Shown here in pieces: positions 18,819 to 26,390 of a stretch of DNA of 26,676 bases. The translations under genes were made by a program, and so were the position numbers. The DNA is from a virus (lineage: Duplodnaviria > Caudoviricetes): positions 1 to 26,676 of IMG/VR virus record IMGVR_UViG_3300020044_007145; one strand, written 5' to 3'. Under the pieces are notes generated by a model. The model did no database searches. It was not told the DNA's origin and saw only the letters and a program-made list of their open reading frames with translations. Within the stretch, counting starts at the first letter, position 1; every line of letters starts with the position of its first letter.

Positions 18819-19366
18819 ACTCTACCTAATGCGATGTTGAAGGTTTGGTCTCCTAATAGATTTATTCTATCAAAAATATCTCCGAGTTGTTCTCGAAGAA
18901 TAGCATCTTGATATTCGGGTCTTTCCAAAAGATTATCAACAAAAGCATAGACCCCATTATTAAACTCTTCGTTGAATATATTATACCCCTTATAACCGAC
19001 TTTGTGAAGACGACGACCAATAGCAAATGCCATTCGTTTTGCTTCAGGAGCTGGTTTTCGGAGTTTCTTTTCAACCCACTTTTGTAAAGACAGAATTGCT
19101 TGTCTTCCTATTGCGGGTCTTGATGGCTTGGAGCCTGTCCCAAAGACATAATCAGCTCCGTAATCGTTCATCAGAATATAGATTTGTTCGTCTATTACTT
19201 CATATTGAACGGAACGATATAAACTTCCTGTTGCGTTGAAGTTATATCGTGGTGGTCTTTTTGGTTGAACGGGTTGCTTGGTAAATCTATCTCGTGGGGT
19301 CATTATCTCCTCACGGATGAGTTTTACCATTTCCTCACCAACCTCGTTCAACAACTGCTCTAACAT
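18815..19366 (-). CDS. Tail completion/neck protein (HK97 gp10-like)
   Basis: Basic 183-aa protein with ATGSLYRSV, DYG and AFAIGRRL...G motifs. Confidence 0.55.
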   Translation of the reverse strand: MLEQLLNEVGEEMVKLIREEIMTPRDRFTKQPVQPKRPPRYNFNATGSLYRSVQYEVIDEQIYILMNDYGADYVFGTGSKPSRPAIGRQAILSLQKWVEKKLRKPAPEAKRMAFAIGRRLHKVGYKGYNIFNEEFNNGVYAFVDNLLERPEYQDAILREQLGDIFDRINLLGDQTFNIALGRV

Positions 19367-19372
19367 AACTTA

Positions 19373-20941
19373 TTACGAGAAATCTGCGAAGTGTCTTACA
19401 TAAATGTTAGTTCCAACTACATCTAATACACAAAGGTCAGTTCCATTTGTGGTTAGAGTAAATCCTCCACCCTCAAACTTGAATGTATAACCCGATGCTG
19501 ATGGTGTAATGGTTTGAGTTCCTGTAGTTGTGATATACACCAAGTATGATGAACCATTCCTTACATTAGTCATACTACAAGTAGAATTACCCGTTAGGGT
19601 CATCTCTACAATACCACCCAAGTTCCAATCAATAGAGAATGTATCACCACTACCTTTTGACTGAACCCCCTGTGATACTTGACCGAATGCGTGATGATTC
19701 TCAACATAAGTGGTGTAGTTTCTATCTGCGGTTCTTCCACTTGTTCCAATCATATTGGAGTAGTCATAACCACCTGAATTAGATTGAATGGTATTAAACA
19801 TACCAAAGTTAGACGACCCACCTGAAATGGTTGATAAGTATGAACCAATTGCGGTGTTATAATTTCCACCATAGATATTCACATCATCACTATTGATGAT
19901 TGCTGAATGGTTCATATTAGAACCAGTAATGAAACAATCGTCGCTTGAATAGATTGAGATTTGATTTGAGTTGGTTGTTAGGATACTACTCTGTAAAGAA
20001 TTAAAGATATTCAATCTCTCACCTGAACCGATAATATCCACATCATAACAAGCAATAATATTACCATAATTGATATTACCTTGTAATGCTGATTGATATG
20101 AACTATCAATAAGGTTTTGTTGTCCTCCAACTTGGATATTACTTTGGTAGGTATTTCTAATTGAGTTGAAGGTGCTTGTTGCCCCCGACGAAGTAATCGT
20201 TCCACCATCACTATTGTAGATTGAGTTTTTGTAAGAATTACTACCACCGATAGTTGAACTCCAACTCTCCACGATTGTTCCACCATCACCATTAGCAGAT
20301 ATGTTATTAGAATAACCATTTAAGATTGTTGAAAATCTATTGTCTGCGGATATTTGGTTGCCTTCCCCGTTTAAGATTTGTGCCTTGAAAGTTGAATCAA
20401 TCGTATTACCCTGTCCGTTCAGTATTTGATTGTATTCACCCCCATTCATCGTTGGGTTAATACCTCCCAACATAAGTGAGTAGTTCCCGTTGAATGTTCT
20501 ACCACTATGGTAGATGTTCCTAACTGAATCCGTGCCAGTTCCCCCTGTGAATAAACTATCACCTGATAAACCATTTGTTCCTGAACTACCTGACGAACCA
20601 CTCGTTCCTGATGTTCCATTAGAACCACTCGTTCCTGATGTTCCATCACTACCCGATGAACCACTCGTCCCTGAAGTTCCGTTAGAACCACTCGTTCCAC
20701 TTGAACCTGATGAACCTGATGAACCACTCGTCCCCGAAGTTCCGTTTGTGCCAGAACTACCACTTGTTCCTGATGAACCTGAACTACCTGATGTGCCAGA
20801 TGTTCCACTTCCACCACCAGCAAAGATGGTCTCTTTTGTTGCTTTATAGGTGATTGTCTCACCACTATTATTCATTACCAAATATACTCCTGTGGTGTCT
20901 CCTGTATAAAGTGGTAATTCACTAATTTTTAAGTCAGCCAT
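19373..20941 (-). CDS. Fibre/spike-like protein: MADLKISEL head, (Gly-X-Y)27 stalk, beta-helix-like repeats, C-terminal beta domain
   Basis: GTS/GSS triplets at aa 46-126; repeated N.I...S.I..G..N units; C-terminal IDWNLG...TLTGN domain. Confidence 0.7.
   Translation of the reverse strand: MADLKISELPLYTGDTTGVYLVMNNSGETITYKATKETIFAGGGSGTSGTSGSSGSSGTSGSSGTNGTSGTSGSSGSSGSSGTSGSNGTSGTSGSSGSDGTSGTSGSNGTSGTSGSSGSSGTNGLSGDSLFTGGTGTDSVRNIYHSGRTFNGNYSLMLGGINPTMNGGEYNQILNGQGNTIDSTFKAQILNGEGNQISADNRFSTILNGYSNNISANGDGGTIVESWSSTIGGSNSYKNSIYNSDGGTITSSGATSTFNSIRNTYQSNIQVGGQQNLIDSSYQSALQGNINYGNIIACYDVDIIGSGERLNIFNSLQSSILTTNSNQISIYSSDDCFITGSNMNHSAIINSDDVNIYGGNYNTAIGSYLSTISGGSSNFGMFNTIQSNSGGYDYSNMIGTSGRTADRNYTTYVENHHAFGQVSQGVQSKGSGDTFSIDWNLGGIVEMTLTGNSTCSMTNVRNGSSYLVYITTTGTQTITPSASGYTFKFEGGGFTLTTNGTDLCVLDVVGTNIYVRHFADFS
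20564..20806 (-). repeat. 9-nt-periodic repeat encoding 27 Gly-X-Y triplets
   Basis: Recurrent gaaccactcgt and gttcc units on the plus strand; Gly at every third residue. Confidence 0.9.
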
Positions 20942-20953
20942 AACTTGTTTGTT

Positions 20954-21481
20954 TTATTGTTGTTGGTATTCTAAACCATTATTATTTTCATCATTCATAA
21001 TATTTCCACTCTCAAATAAGAGGAAATAACTTTCTATGATGTGAGGGGGAAGACAAGCAGTTTGCTCGCTTACGATTGTTATTTGAGCTTCAACTCCTAC
21101 TACGGATTCTTGGAATCTATCGACAAAGGGAGAGAACTGAACGGGGTTCTGTAAGAAAAATCCGTATCCCGTTAATTGGTTGATAAAGTATGCGTAGAAA
21201 TCATTTAGGATTTCGTGGCATAGAGACAAACTATCCAACTGATTTGACTTAATCTCATCACCTACCCACTCACTCAACAAATCGTAAAATAGAATTGTGA
21301 AATTGAAATTGGTATAAGTATTATCAATCGTAGATGGTTGTGGAACGATATGAATCGCAGGATATTTTGTGATATATGTATCCCTTGAATAATCACTCAA
21401 ATCCCCCCACGATGAAGTTCGTAGGATTGGATGTTGAGCTGCGAATACATAAAATAATTTTATAAGGTCTTTATAAGTCAT
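20954..21481 (-). CDS. Tail terminator-like protein with C-terminal LLxExG extension
   Basis: 175 aa; YPAIHIVP and F.PF.DRF....GV motifs; located among tail completion genes. Confidence 0.55.
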   Translation of the reverse strand: MTYKDLIKLFYVFAAQHPILRTSSWGDLSDYSRDTYITKYPAIHIVPQPSTIDNTYTNFNFTILFYDLLSEWVGDEIKSNQLDSLSLCHEILNDFYAYFINQLTGYGFFLQNPVQFSPFVDRFQESVVGVEAQITIVSEQTACLPPHIIESYFLLFESGNIMNDENNNGLEYQQQ

Positions 21482-21765
21482 TATGAAATTGAGTTTTGTT
21501 CTTTTTGTCTGGCTTTATTGGCTTTATCAATTCTATAGGATAAATACCCTAAAACCTCGCTCAAGGTGAGCTTTAATACTGGTTCAACTTTCAACAGGTC
21601 ATCACCCGCACACAACATTATTGACGAGTAATAAAAATCAACCACATCTTGGATTACTTCTTGAGGGGTTCTGTTTGGGTTTTGTTCTTGGAAAGCTTCC
21701 CTATCGGATTCGTCTCCGAAGATAATAGGGTATTTTGCGTGAGTTCCTGTAGAAAACTTACGAAA
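21481..21765 (-). CDS. -1 frameshift extension of the tail assembly chaperone (gpGT-like, ~257 aa total)
   Basis: After CTT TTT TTT TTC the -1 frame reads FRKFSTGTHAKYPIIFG...DFYYSSIMLCAGDDLLKVEPVLKLTLSEVLGYLSYRIDKANKARQKEQNSIS*. Its TAA overlaps the next ATG (TAATG). Confidence 0.8.
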   Translation of the reverse strand, partial: FRKFSTGTHAKYPIIFGDESDREAFQEQNPNRTPQEVIQDVVDFYYSSIMLCAGDDLLKVEPVLKLTLSEVLGYLSYRIDKANKARQKEQNSIS

Positions 21766-22253
21766 AAAAAAAGCGATGGTAGAAATACTTTAATTGGAAA
21801 TCTTCCAAACTCTCCCGCTCTTTTCATACATTCAGTTAAATCGTATTTTTCCAACTCTCTATCTTCCCCTTGTTTCTCTGAAGATAGGGGTTTGTAGAGG
21901 TGAGCAGCAATCAGGGGTAGGTTTAATGGTGATTGAGCAAAAAACACTTCCAAGTTAATCCATTCCTCAAACGATAATTTTGATGGTTGAATTAAACCAT
22001 AGTGTTTTCCCTCGAAGGTATAGGTAAGGTTTAGTGGTAGGTCATTATCAAGACCAGCCCAATCTCCTCTTAATGCTTGAGCTACAAACTTTACATCAGC
22101 AAACCCCGCTTGTAAAACTTCTTTTTTTGGAATCTCTGTGAATAATGAAATTATATCAACATCACTAATACCAGGATTATCCATAATGGTTTGATACTGA
22201 CTAATTGTCAGGGGTTTAATATCATAATCTACTCCATCAAATACGACTTTCAT
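21654..22253 (-). CDS. Tail assembly chaperone (gpG-like)
   Basis: 199 aa with a T10 slippery run near the 3' end; YGLI...LSF.EWI.LE and IAA.LY.P motifs. Confidence 0.7.
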   Translation of the reverse strand: MKVVFDGVDYDIKPLTISQYQTIMDNPGISDVDIISLFTEIPKKEVLQAGFADVKFVAQALRGDWAGLDNDLPLNLTYTFEGKHYGLIQPSKLSFEEWINLEVFFAQSPLNLPLIAAHLYKPLSSEKQGEDRELEKYDLTECMKRAGEFGRFPIKVFLPSLFFFVSFLQELTQNTLLSSETNPIGKLSKNKTQTEPLKK

Positions 22254-22404
22254 TTCCTATAGTTTCTAACATTTCATTTATCAATCGGGTCATTTTAATT
22301 CCCCTCTTTTCTGCTTCTGACCTCAATTTCTCGTGGGTGTCCCCCTTGATTAAAATGGTCTTATAATCGTAATCATATTCTTTTCCGTTTCTAACAATTC
22401 TCAT
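22237..22404 (-). CDS. Ribbon-helix-helix-like protein, 55 aa (not in ORF track)
   Basis: MRIVRNGKEYDYDYKTILIKGDTHEKLRSEAEKRGIKMTRLINEMLETIGNESRI*; ATGA overlap with the terL stop; strand-helix-G-helix pattern. Confidence 0.65.
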   Translation of the reverse strand: MRIVRNGKEYDYDYKTILIKGDTHEKLRSEAEKRGIKMTRLINEMLETIGNESRI

Positions 22405-23570
22405 ACAAAGGAATATCTTGTTTTTGGTTTATCTACAAACTCCATCACCACATAACGGAGTGGGTCTAATAAGTGGTCTTTACCTTCAGGGATGTTTGTT
22501 AATCTCCCCTGCCTGTCTCTCTTAAACTTATAACCAACAAACTCGGTTATTAAGTTTTTTGACTTTTCATTTATGTAAATCTTGAAGGTTCTCATCTTTT
22601 GGATTCCATAAAGAACTGACCCGTCCCCTTTCTTTACACCCCTTACCCTGAATCCTCCTCTACGGAGTTCCTCGATGGATTTGGGTTCAGATGAATCACA
22701 GACCACTTCATAGTTTTTATCTATACCAAGCTCCCTCAATCTAAACATCAGGTCTTGGTTTGTAAGTCCTACCTCGTATAACATTTCTGTTGCGTATAAC
22801 TTACCTTCTGAATCAACATCAACTCTTACAACCCCACACTCATCAGATGCGTATCCAAAGTCCAACCCGATATAGGTTGCTTTGATGTTCTGTGGTGTTC
22901 CTGTGAAGACCTCTGGTTGTTGATAAATCTTCTCACGAGGGGGAACTAACTTACCCTCTGAATAGATTTGCCAGAGTTCATAATCTATTTCTTTAAGTTC
23001 TTGGATTGAACGAATAATCTCCTCGGCTAAAAATGGGTTGTCTCTCCAACTTGAAACATACAGAATGGAGTTCTCCTTTTTCTCATAGTCAAACCCCCAC
23101 CATAGTTCATCTACTTCAGGGTTATAACACGAAATAATGAACCTCTCACATCTGATGTCTAACTGAACGAAGGAGTTTCTGTCTATGGTATTGACCTCAT
23201 CAACCATTACGATTGTGTGTTTCAATCCTCTCAATCTACCTGTGGTGTCGTCTAATCCTACAAACCTTATGATAGACCCATTCTTGAATGTATAGGTCAT
23301 ATCCACTTTGTTTAGAATACCATCGTCCCATATTTCCATTTGACCCATAATTTCCTTGAAATCCACGAGGATTGTGTTCTTGATGGATACTTGTGTTGAA
23401 CGAGCGATTGTGATGGATATATGAGGATTTGTGATTGCTTCAATAATCAGATACTGAAGTGCTGAAATCGTTTTACTTGAACGAGAACTACCACGAAGGA
23501 AGATGTATCTATTACCCTCACTAACTCCCTCACTAATGTCTTGGAATATTTTAGTTGCTTGAATCCTCAT
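22401..23570 (-). CDS. terL: Terminase large subunit (PBSX/SPP1-like)
   Basis: Walker A-like GSSRSSKT, Walker B VMVDE, YNP, SWRDNPFL; nuclease motifs GLDFGY and DHLLDPLRY. Confidence 0.93.
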   Translation of the reverse strand: MRIQATKIFQDISEGVSEGNRYIFLRGSSRSSKTISALQYLIIEAITNPHISITIARSTQVSIKNTILVDFKEIMGQMEIWDDGILNKVDMTYTFKNGSIIRFVGLDDTTGRLRGLKHTIVMVDEVNTIDRNSFVQLDIRCERFIISCYNPEVDELWWGFDYEKKENSILYVSSWRDNPFLAEEIIRSIQELKEIDYELWQIYSEGKLVPPREKIYQQPEVFTGTPQNIKATYIGLDFGYASDECGVVRVDVDSEGKLYATEMLYEVGLTNQDLMFRLRELGIDKNYEVVCDSSEPKSIEELRRGGFRVRGVKKGDGSVLYGIQKMRTFKIYINEKSKNLITEFVGYKFKRDRQGRLTNIPEGKDHLLDPLRYVVMEFVDKPKTRYSFV

Positions 23571-24061
23571 ATTTTCAAGAAGTTCAGTTGTTCTGGTAGA
23601 TTGAACCCACTACAAAACCAAGCTGAACTGAAGTATGAACCTGACCCCTTACCACTTGGAGTTTCATAGTTTATTCTACGATTGAATAGGATTAGTTGAA
23701 TACCATTTTCTTCATAGAGTTTTTGTCTCTTTATACCCTCTAATGCTGTGATTGGTAATAACAACATAAATGGTCTGTTGAGTTTATAACATCTGTCTAT
23801 CCACTTGTCTTTTATTGAATATGGTGGATTGGTTATAATACAATCGGATTGAATATCTGATGTGAAAAAATCAACCCCTATGGTGAGGTCTGTTCCTGTG
23901 ATGTTATAACCACTACCCGAAAAAAACTTCACAATATTCCCATTCGCAGATGCTGGTTCCCATATTGAATATTCTTTTGGTATGAACCTCAATATTGGTT
24001 CTAATGCTGTGTTTGGTGTCTGAAATATATCACTCCTGTTATTTGCTTTCTTATATCCCAT
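23567..24061 (-). CDS. Small orphan amino (likely N6-adenine) DNA methyltransferase
   Basis: SAM-binding-like IWEPASANG and catalytic IITNPPY; 164 aa, with no evident target recognition domain. Confidence 0.8.
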   Translation of the reverse strand: MGYKKANNRSDIFQTPNTALEPILRFIPKEYSIWEPASANGNIVKFFSGSGYNITGTDLTIGVDFFTSDIQSDCIITNPPYSIKDKWIDRCYKLNRPFMLLLPITALEGIKRQKLYEENGIQLILFNRRINYETPSGKGSGSYFSSAWFCSGFNLPEQLNFLKI

Positions 24062-24516
24062 TATTCTTTGTCTTCCTCGTCATTTATCACTTTGGGGGGG
24101 ATTATATCTACTATGATTTTATTTTGAGAGATTTTTTCTCCACCACTTGTTATATCCACCTTCTGTTCTGATGGTCTCCAATCCTGACGATATACATTTT
24201 CCATATAGTATTTCCAAAATTGAGAGTTGAGATTCTTTGATTTCCCCTCCTCAAATGCTTCAATCCCCCTATCTATCCACCACTGCTGCGAAAGTTCAAG
24301 TGCGAGTTTAATAGTGTCCGAAAACTCGGGGTCTCTATCTATTAGTTTATACATCGTATCTCTTGAGATTTTCAAGTAGTTTGCGAAATGTAGTTTGTTT
24401 CTCCCTTTGCTTCCCAATTCAATAATATCCTGTTTCCAAGACGAGGGAACTTTCCCCCTATGAACCAAAGCCTGTAATGTTGTGTATCGGGGTCTTCCCC
24501 CTTTATTCTTTTCCAT
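24061..24516 (-). CDS. terS: Terminase small subunit
   Basis: Start re-assigned to ATG 24516 (MEKNKGGRP). HTH FANYLKISRDTMY..., PEFSD, and KVDITSGGEKI tail; lies upstream of terL. Confidence 0.75.
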   Translation of the reverse strand: MEKNKGGRPRYTTLQALVHRGKVPSSWKQDIIELGSKGRNKLHFANYLKISRDTMYKLIDRDPEFSDTIKLALELSQQWWIDRGIEAFEEGKSKNLNSQFWKYYMENVYRQDWRPSEQKVDITSGGEKISQNKIIVDIIPPKVINDEEDKE

Positions 24517-24540
24517 ACCTAATAAATATAGTTTATGCTG

Positions 24541-24573
24541 AAAAAAAATAACCCCCACCTTTTGGGTGAGGGT
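24541..24573 (-). terminator. Intrinsic terminator upstream of terS
   Basis: Minus strand ACCCTCACC-CAAAA-GGTGGGGGT followed by TATTTTTTTT. Confidence 0.8.
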
Positions 24574-24578
24574 AGATT

Positions 24579-24689
24579 TTATTTGTTCTCGATTTGATAT
24601 ACAATCAGTTCAAGTTCTTCCTTTAAGGTTCTCCTCTGACTTGGAAATACAGGGAGGGTCATTTCGATTATTTCGTCTGTAGATGTCAT
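24579..24689 (-). CDS. Hypothetical 36-aa protein (not in ORF track)
   Basis: MTSTDEIIEMTLPVFPSQRRTLKEELELIVYQIENK*; ATGA overlap with the upstream stop; ends just before the terminator. Confidence 0.5.
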   Translation of the reverse strand: MTSTDEIIEMTLPVFPSQRRTLKEELELIVYQIENK

Positions 24690-24910
24690 AGTAGTTTCTT
24701 TGCGTTTTGTTTTCCTTTAGCGTATTCATCTATTTTTTCCAATCGGTCTCCAAGTTCTTTGGTATATCCGTTTTCGATATACTCCTCTATAACTCGAGAC
24801 ATACCACAGAGGTCTTTTAGGTCTAAACAATACCCGCAGGAATCAGACCATTTTAATACGAGTTTGAGTGATGATTGTGATACGATTTGTTGTTGTTGTG
24901 TTCGTGCCAT
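24686..24910 (-). CDS. Hypothetical protein, 74 aa
   Basis: ATG with A-rich leader; Q..IV.QSSLK motif. Confidence 0.7.
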   Translation of the reverse strand: MARTQQQQIVSQSSLKLVLKWSDSCGYCLDLKDLCGMSRVIEEYIENGYTKELGDRLEKIDEYAKGKQNAKKLL

Positions 24911-24925
24911 TTTGATTTTTGTTTT

Positions 24926-25237
24926 TTAGATTTGATTATAACGATTGATGTAATTTTGTTTCACTTGTTCTTTGAGTTGTCTTTGTTCTTCTGTTGGAAC
25001 AAATTGGGGGTGTTCTTTTCTAACATTTGAGATTGCTGCCGCTAATGAATGTGATGATGGAATCTTTCCATATACAATTGCTTCAACAAACTCTTCGATA
25101 GTGTTTATCCCATAGTGGTTTGCCAGACCTTGTGAGATGTAAGCCCATAGAACATTATTGTTCGAGATGAGTTCTGGTTTTTCGGTATAGGCTGATATAA
25201 TCATCTGCTCTATCTCCATTATTTTTTTGTCGTTCAT
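24926..25237 (-). CDS. Hypothetical protein, 103 aa
   Basis: ATG preceded by TTG-N18-TATATTTATA. Confidence 0.7.
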   Translation of the reverse strand: MNDKKIMEIEQMIISAYTEKPELISNNNVLWAYISQGLANHYGINTIEEFVEAIVYGKIPSSHSLAAAISNVRKEHPQFVPTEEQRQLKEQVKQNYINRYNQI

Positions 25238-25274
25238 ATTCTATTGTTTATACTATAAATATAATCATCTATAG

Positions 25275-25301
25275 AAAAAGTCAAGTCCCCAAAGGGACTT
25301 T
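25275..25301 (-). terminator. Probable terminator hairpin
   Basis: Minus strand AAGTCCC-TTTG-GGGACTT then GACTTTTT, directly after the 25304 stop. Confidence 0.55.
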
Positions 25302-25303
25302 GT

Positions 25304-25486
25304 TTAGAGATTATTGAGGGTTTGGATATTGACTTCTACGATGGTAGTATAACCACCTGCTTCATTAGGGAAACTTTGTTTCGTGTATTTAGACAACTCA
25401 CCATATAGGTTAGTGATTTCGTGAGCGTGGATACACACCCCATTTTCCATAAGACGAACGATGATGTGATTTTTTTTCTTTTTCAT
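25304..25486 (-). CDS. Hypothetical protein, 60 aa
   Basis: ATG with A-rich leader, downstream of the promoter at 25514-25544. Confidence 0.6.
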   Translation of the reverse strand: MKKKKNHIIVRLMENGVCIHAHEITNLYGELSKYTKQSFPNEAGGYTTIVEVNIQTLNNL

Positions 25487-25513
25487 TTTGTTTATGGGTT
25501 TTAGATTGAGTTG

Positions 25514-25544
25514 TAAAGATACTGAATTATTTTGATACTACAAA
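25514..25544 (-). promoter_or_regulatory. Bacteroidota housekeeping-type promoter (near consensus)
   Basis: TTTG-N19-TATCTTTA. Confidence 0.6.
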
Positions 25545-25679
25545 ATCCTTTTCAATTTTTTCCATCTTTTTTTTGTAGATGTTTGCGTATCGCTTATTAC
25601 GACCTACCATATTGAAATACATAAAGAAGGCTTCTTTGTATTCAGGGTCGTTCATCAGGGTTGAGTGATTCTTTGTCAT
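25527..25679 (-). CDS. Hypothetical 50-aa protein (not in ORF track)
   Basis: MTKNHSTLMNDPEYKEAFFMYFNMVGRNKRYANIYKKKMEKIEKDFVVSK*; lies directly downstream of a consensus promoter. Confidence 0.6.
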   Translation of the reverse strand: MTKNHSTLMNDPEYKEAFFMYFNMVGRNKRYANIYKKKMEKIEKDFVVSK

Positions 25680-25706
25680 TTTGTTCGTGTGTTATTTTTA
25701 GTTCAT

Positions 25707-25737
25707 CAAAGATACAACGAGTTTTTGGACTGGCAAA
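25707..25737 (-). promoter_or_regulatory. Bacteroidota housekeeping-type promoter (-33/-7 consensus)
   Basis: TTTG (25737-25734), 19-nt spacer, TATCTTTG (25714-25707); matches TTTG-N19-21-TAnnTTTG. Confidence 0.8.
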
Positions 25738-25762
25738 AAAAAGGAGGAAATATTTTTCCTCC
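25735..25762 (-). terminator. Intrinsic terminator after the HTH gene
   Basis: Minus strand GGAGGAAA-AATA-TTTCCTCC followed by T8. Confidence 0.8.
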
Positions 25763-25789
25763 AAATCAAAAAACAACAAAACAAACAAA

Positions 25790-26089
25790 CTAAAACAATT
25801 TAGTAAGTAATTTTCTAACCAGTTCCCAAAAAGAATATTCCTTCTCTACGGCAACATATATCTTTTCTATCATCCTAACAGATTCATTTTTCATTTCCAT
25901 CTCCAATTCCTTCTTCGAGACATAACTCCTCTCTTTGGGATTCCACCTCTTTCCACTTCTAATCAAACTGATATGAGGACGAGACACCCCATACATCGTT
26001 GCGATTTGTTGATTATTAAGTTTGGTATTCTCAAATAGATTTCTGATTTGAGCCACCTGATATTCGTCCAACTTATAAGCCCCAACCAT
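25790..26089 (-). CDS. Helix-turn-helix DNA-binding protein
   Basis: KLDEYQVAQIR...NQQIATMYGVSRPHISLIRSGKRW. Confidence 0.75.
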   Translation of the reverse strand: MVGAYKLDEYQVAQIRNLFENTKLNNQQIATMYGVSRPHISLIRSGKRWNPKERSYVSKKELEMEMKNESVRMIEKIYVAVEKEYSFWELVRKLLTKLF

Positions 26090-26352
26090 TAGTCCTCGTT
26101 TTCTTGGATAGGACGCTTCTTTGCCTCCTCACAATCACAATCACTCACCTCGAAGTCAAAAGCCTCGTAAATCCCAAATAAACGGGTCATACCGACTTCT
26201 ATGTGATATTGCTCTACTAACTCTTGGTAAATGGTGTTGAGATTTTCCCCATTATCCAATCTTTCTCTAATTGAAGTCCATACCTCTTCTGATATGGTTG
26301 TGGTGAGTTCGGTGCTTCCCATAGGTTGCCCCCAAAATCTAATCTGTTTCAT
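26089..26352 (-). CDS. Hypothetical acidic protein, 87 aa
   Basis: ATG preceded by TATATTTATA; its stop overlaps the next start. Confidence 0.7.
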   Translation of the reverse strand: MKQIRFWGQPMGSTELTTTISEEVWTSIRERLDNGENLNTIYQELVEQYHIEVGMTRLFGIYEAFDFEVSDCDCEEAKKRPIQENED

Positions 26353-26390
26353 AGTTCGTTTCTTTATAGTATAAATATATGGAACTTTAA

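Noticed and set aside
20514-20849. Plus-strand Pro/Val/Glu-rich ORF and the alternative-frame minus ORF 20446-20865
   Set aside because: Shadows of the Gly-Ser-Thr repeat in the fibre gene; the repeat suppresses stop codons.
783-21897. Other short plus-strand and nested alternative-frame ORFs in the track
   Set aside because: They lie wholly within long, motif-bearing minus-strand genes and have no recognisable features or start context.
23469-23492. Deviant terL Walker A (GSSRSSKT) as a sign of inactivation
   Set aside because: The Arg, Lys-Thr, Walker B and nuclease acidic residues are all retained, so this is likely natural variation.
24517-24558. Longer terS start in the ORF track
   Set aside because: It begins inside a terminator hairpin and spans the promoter motif; ATG 24516 is preferred.
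2366-26377. TATAAATA on the plus strand equals the T4 late promoter consensus
   Set aside because: It points away from the adjacent genes, and the copy at 61-68 flips with gene orientation, so the functional reading is TATTTAT on the coding strand. No T4-like genes are present.
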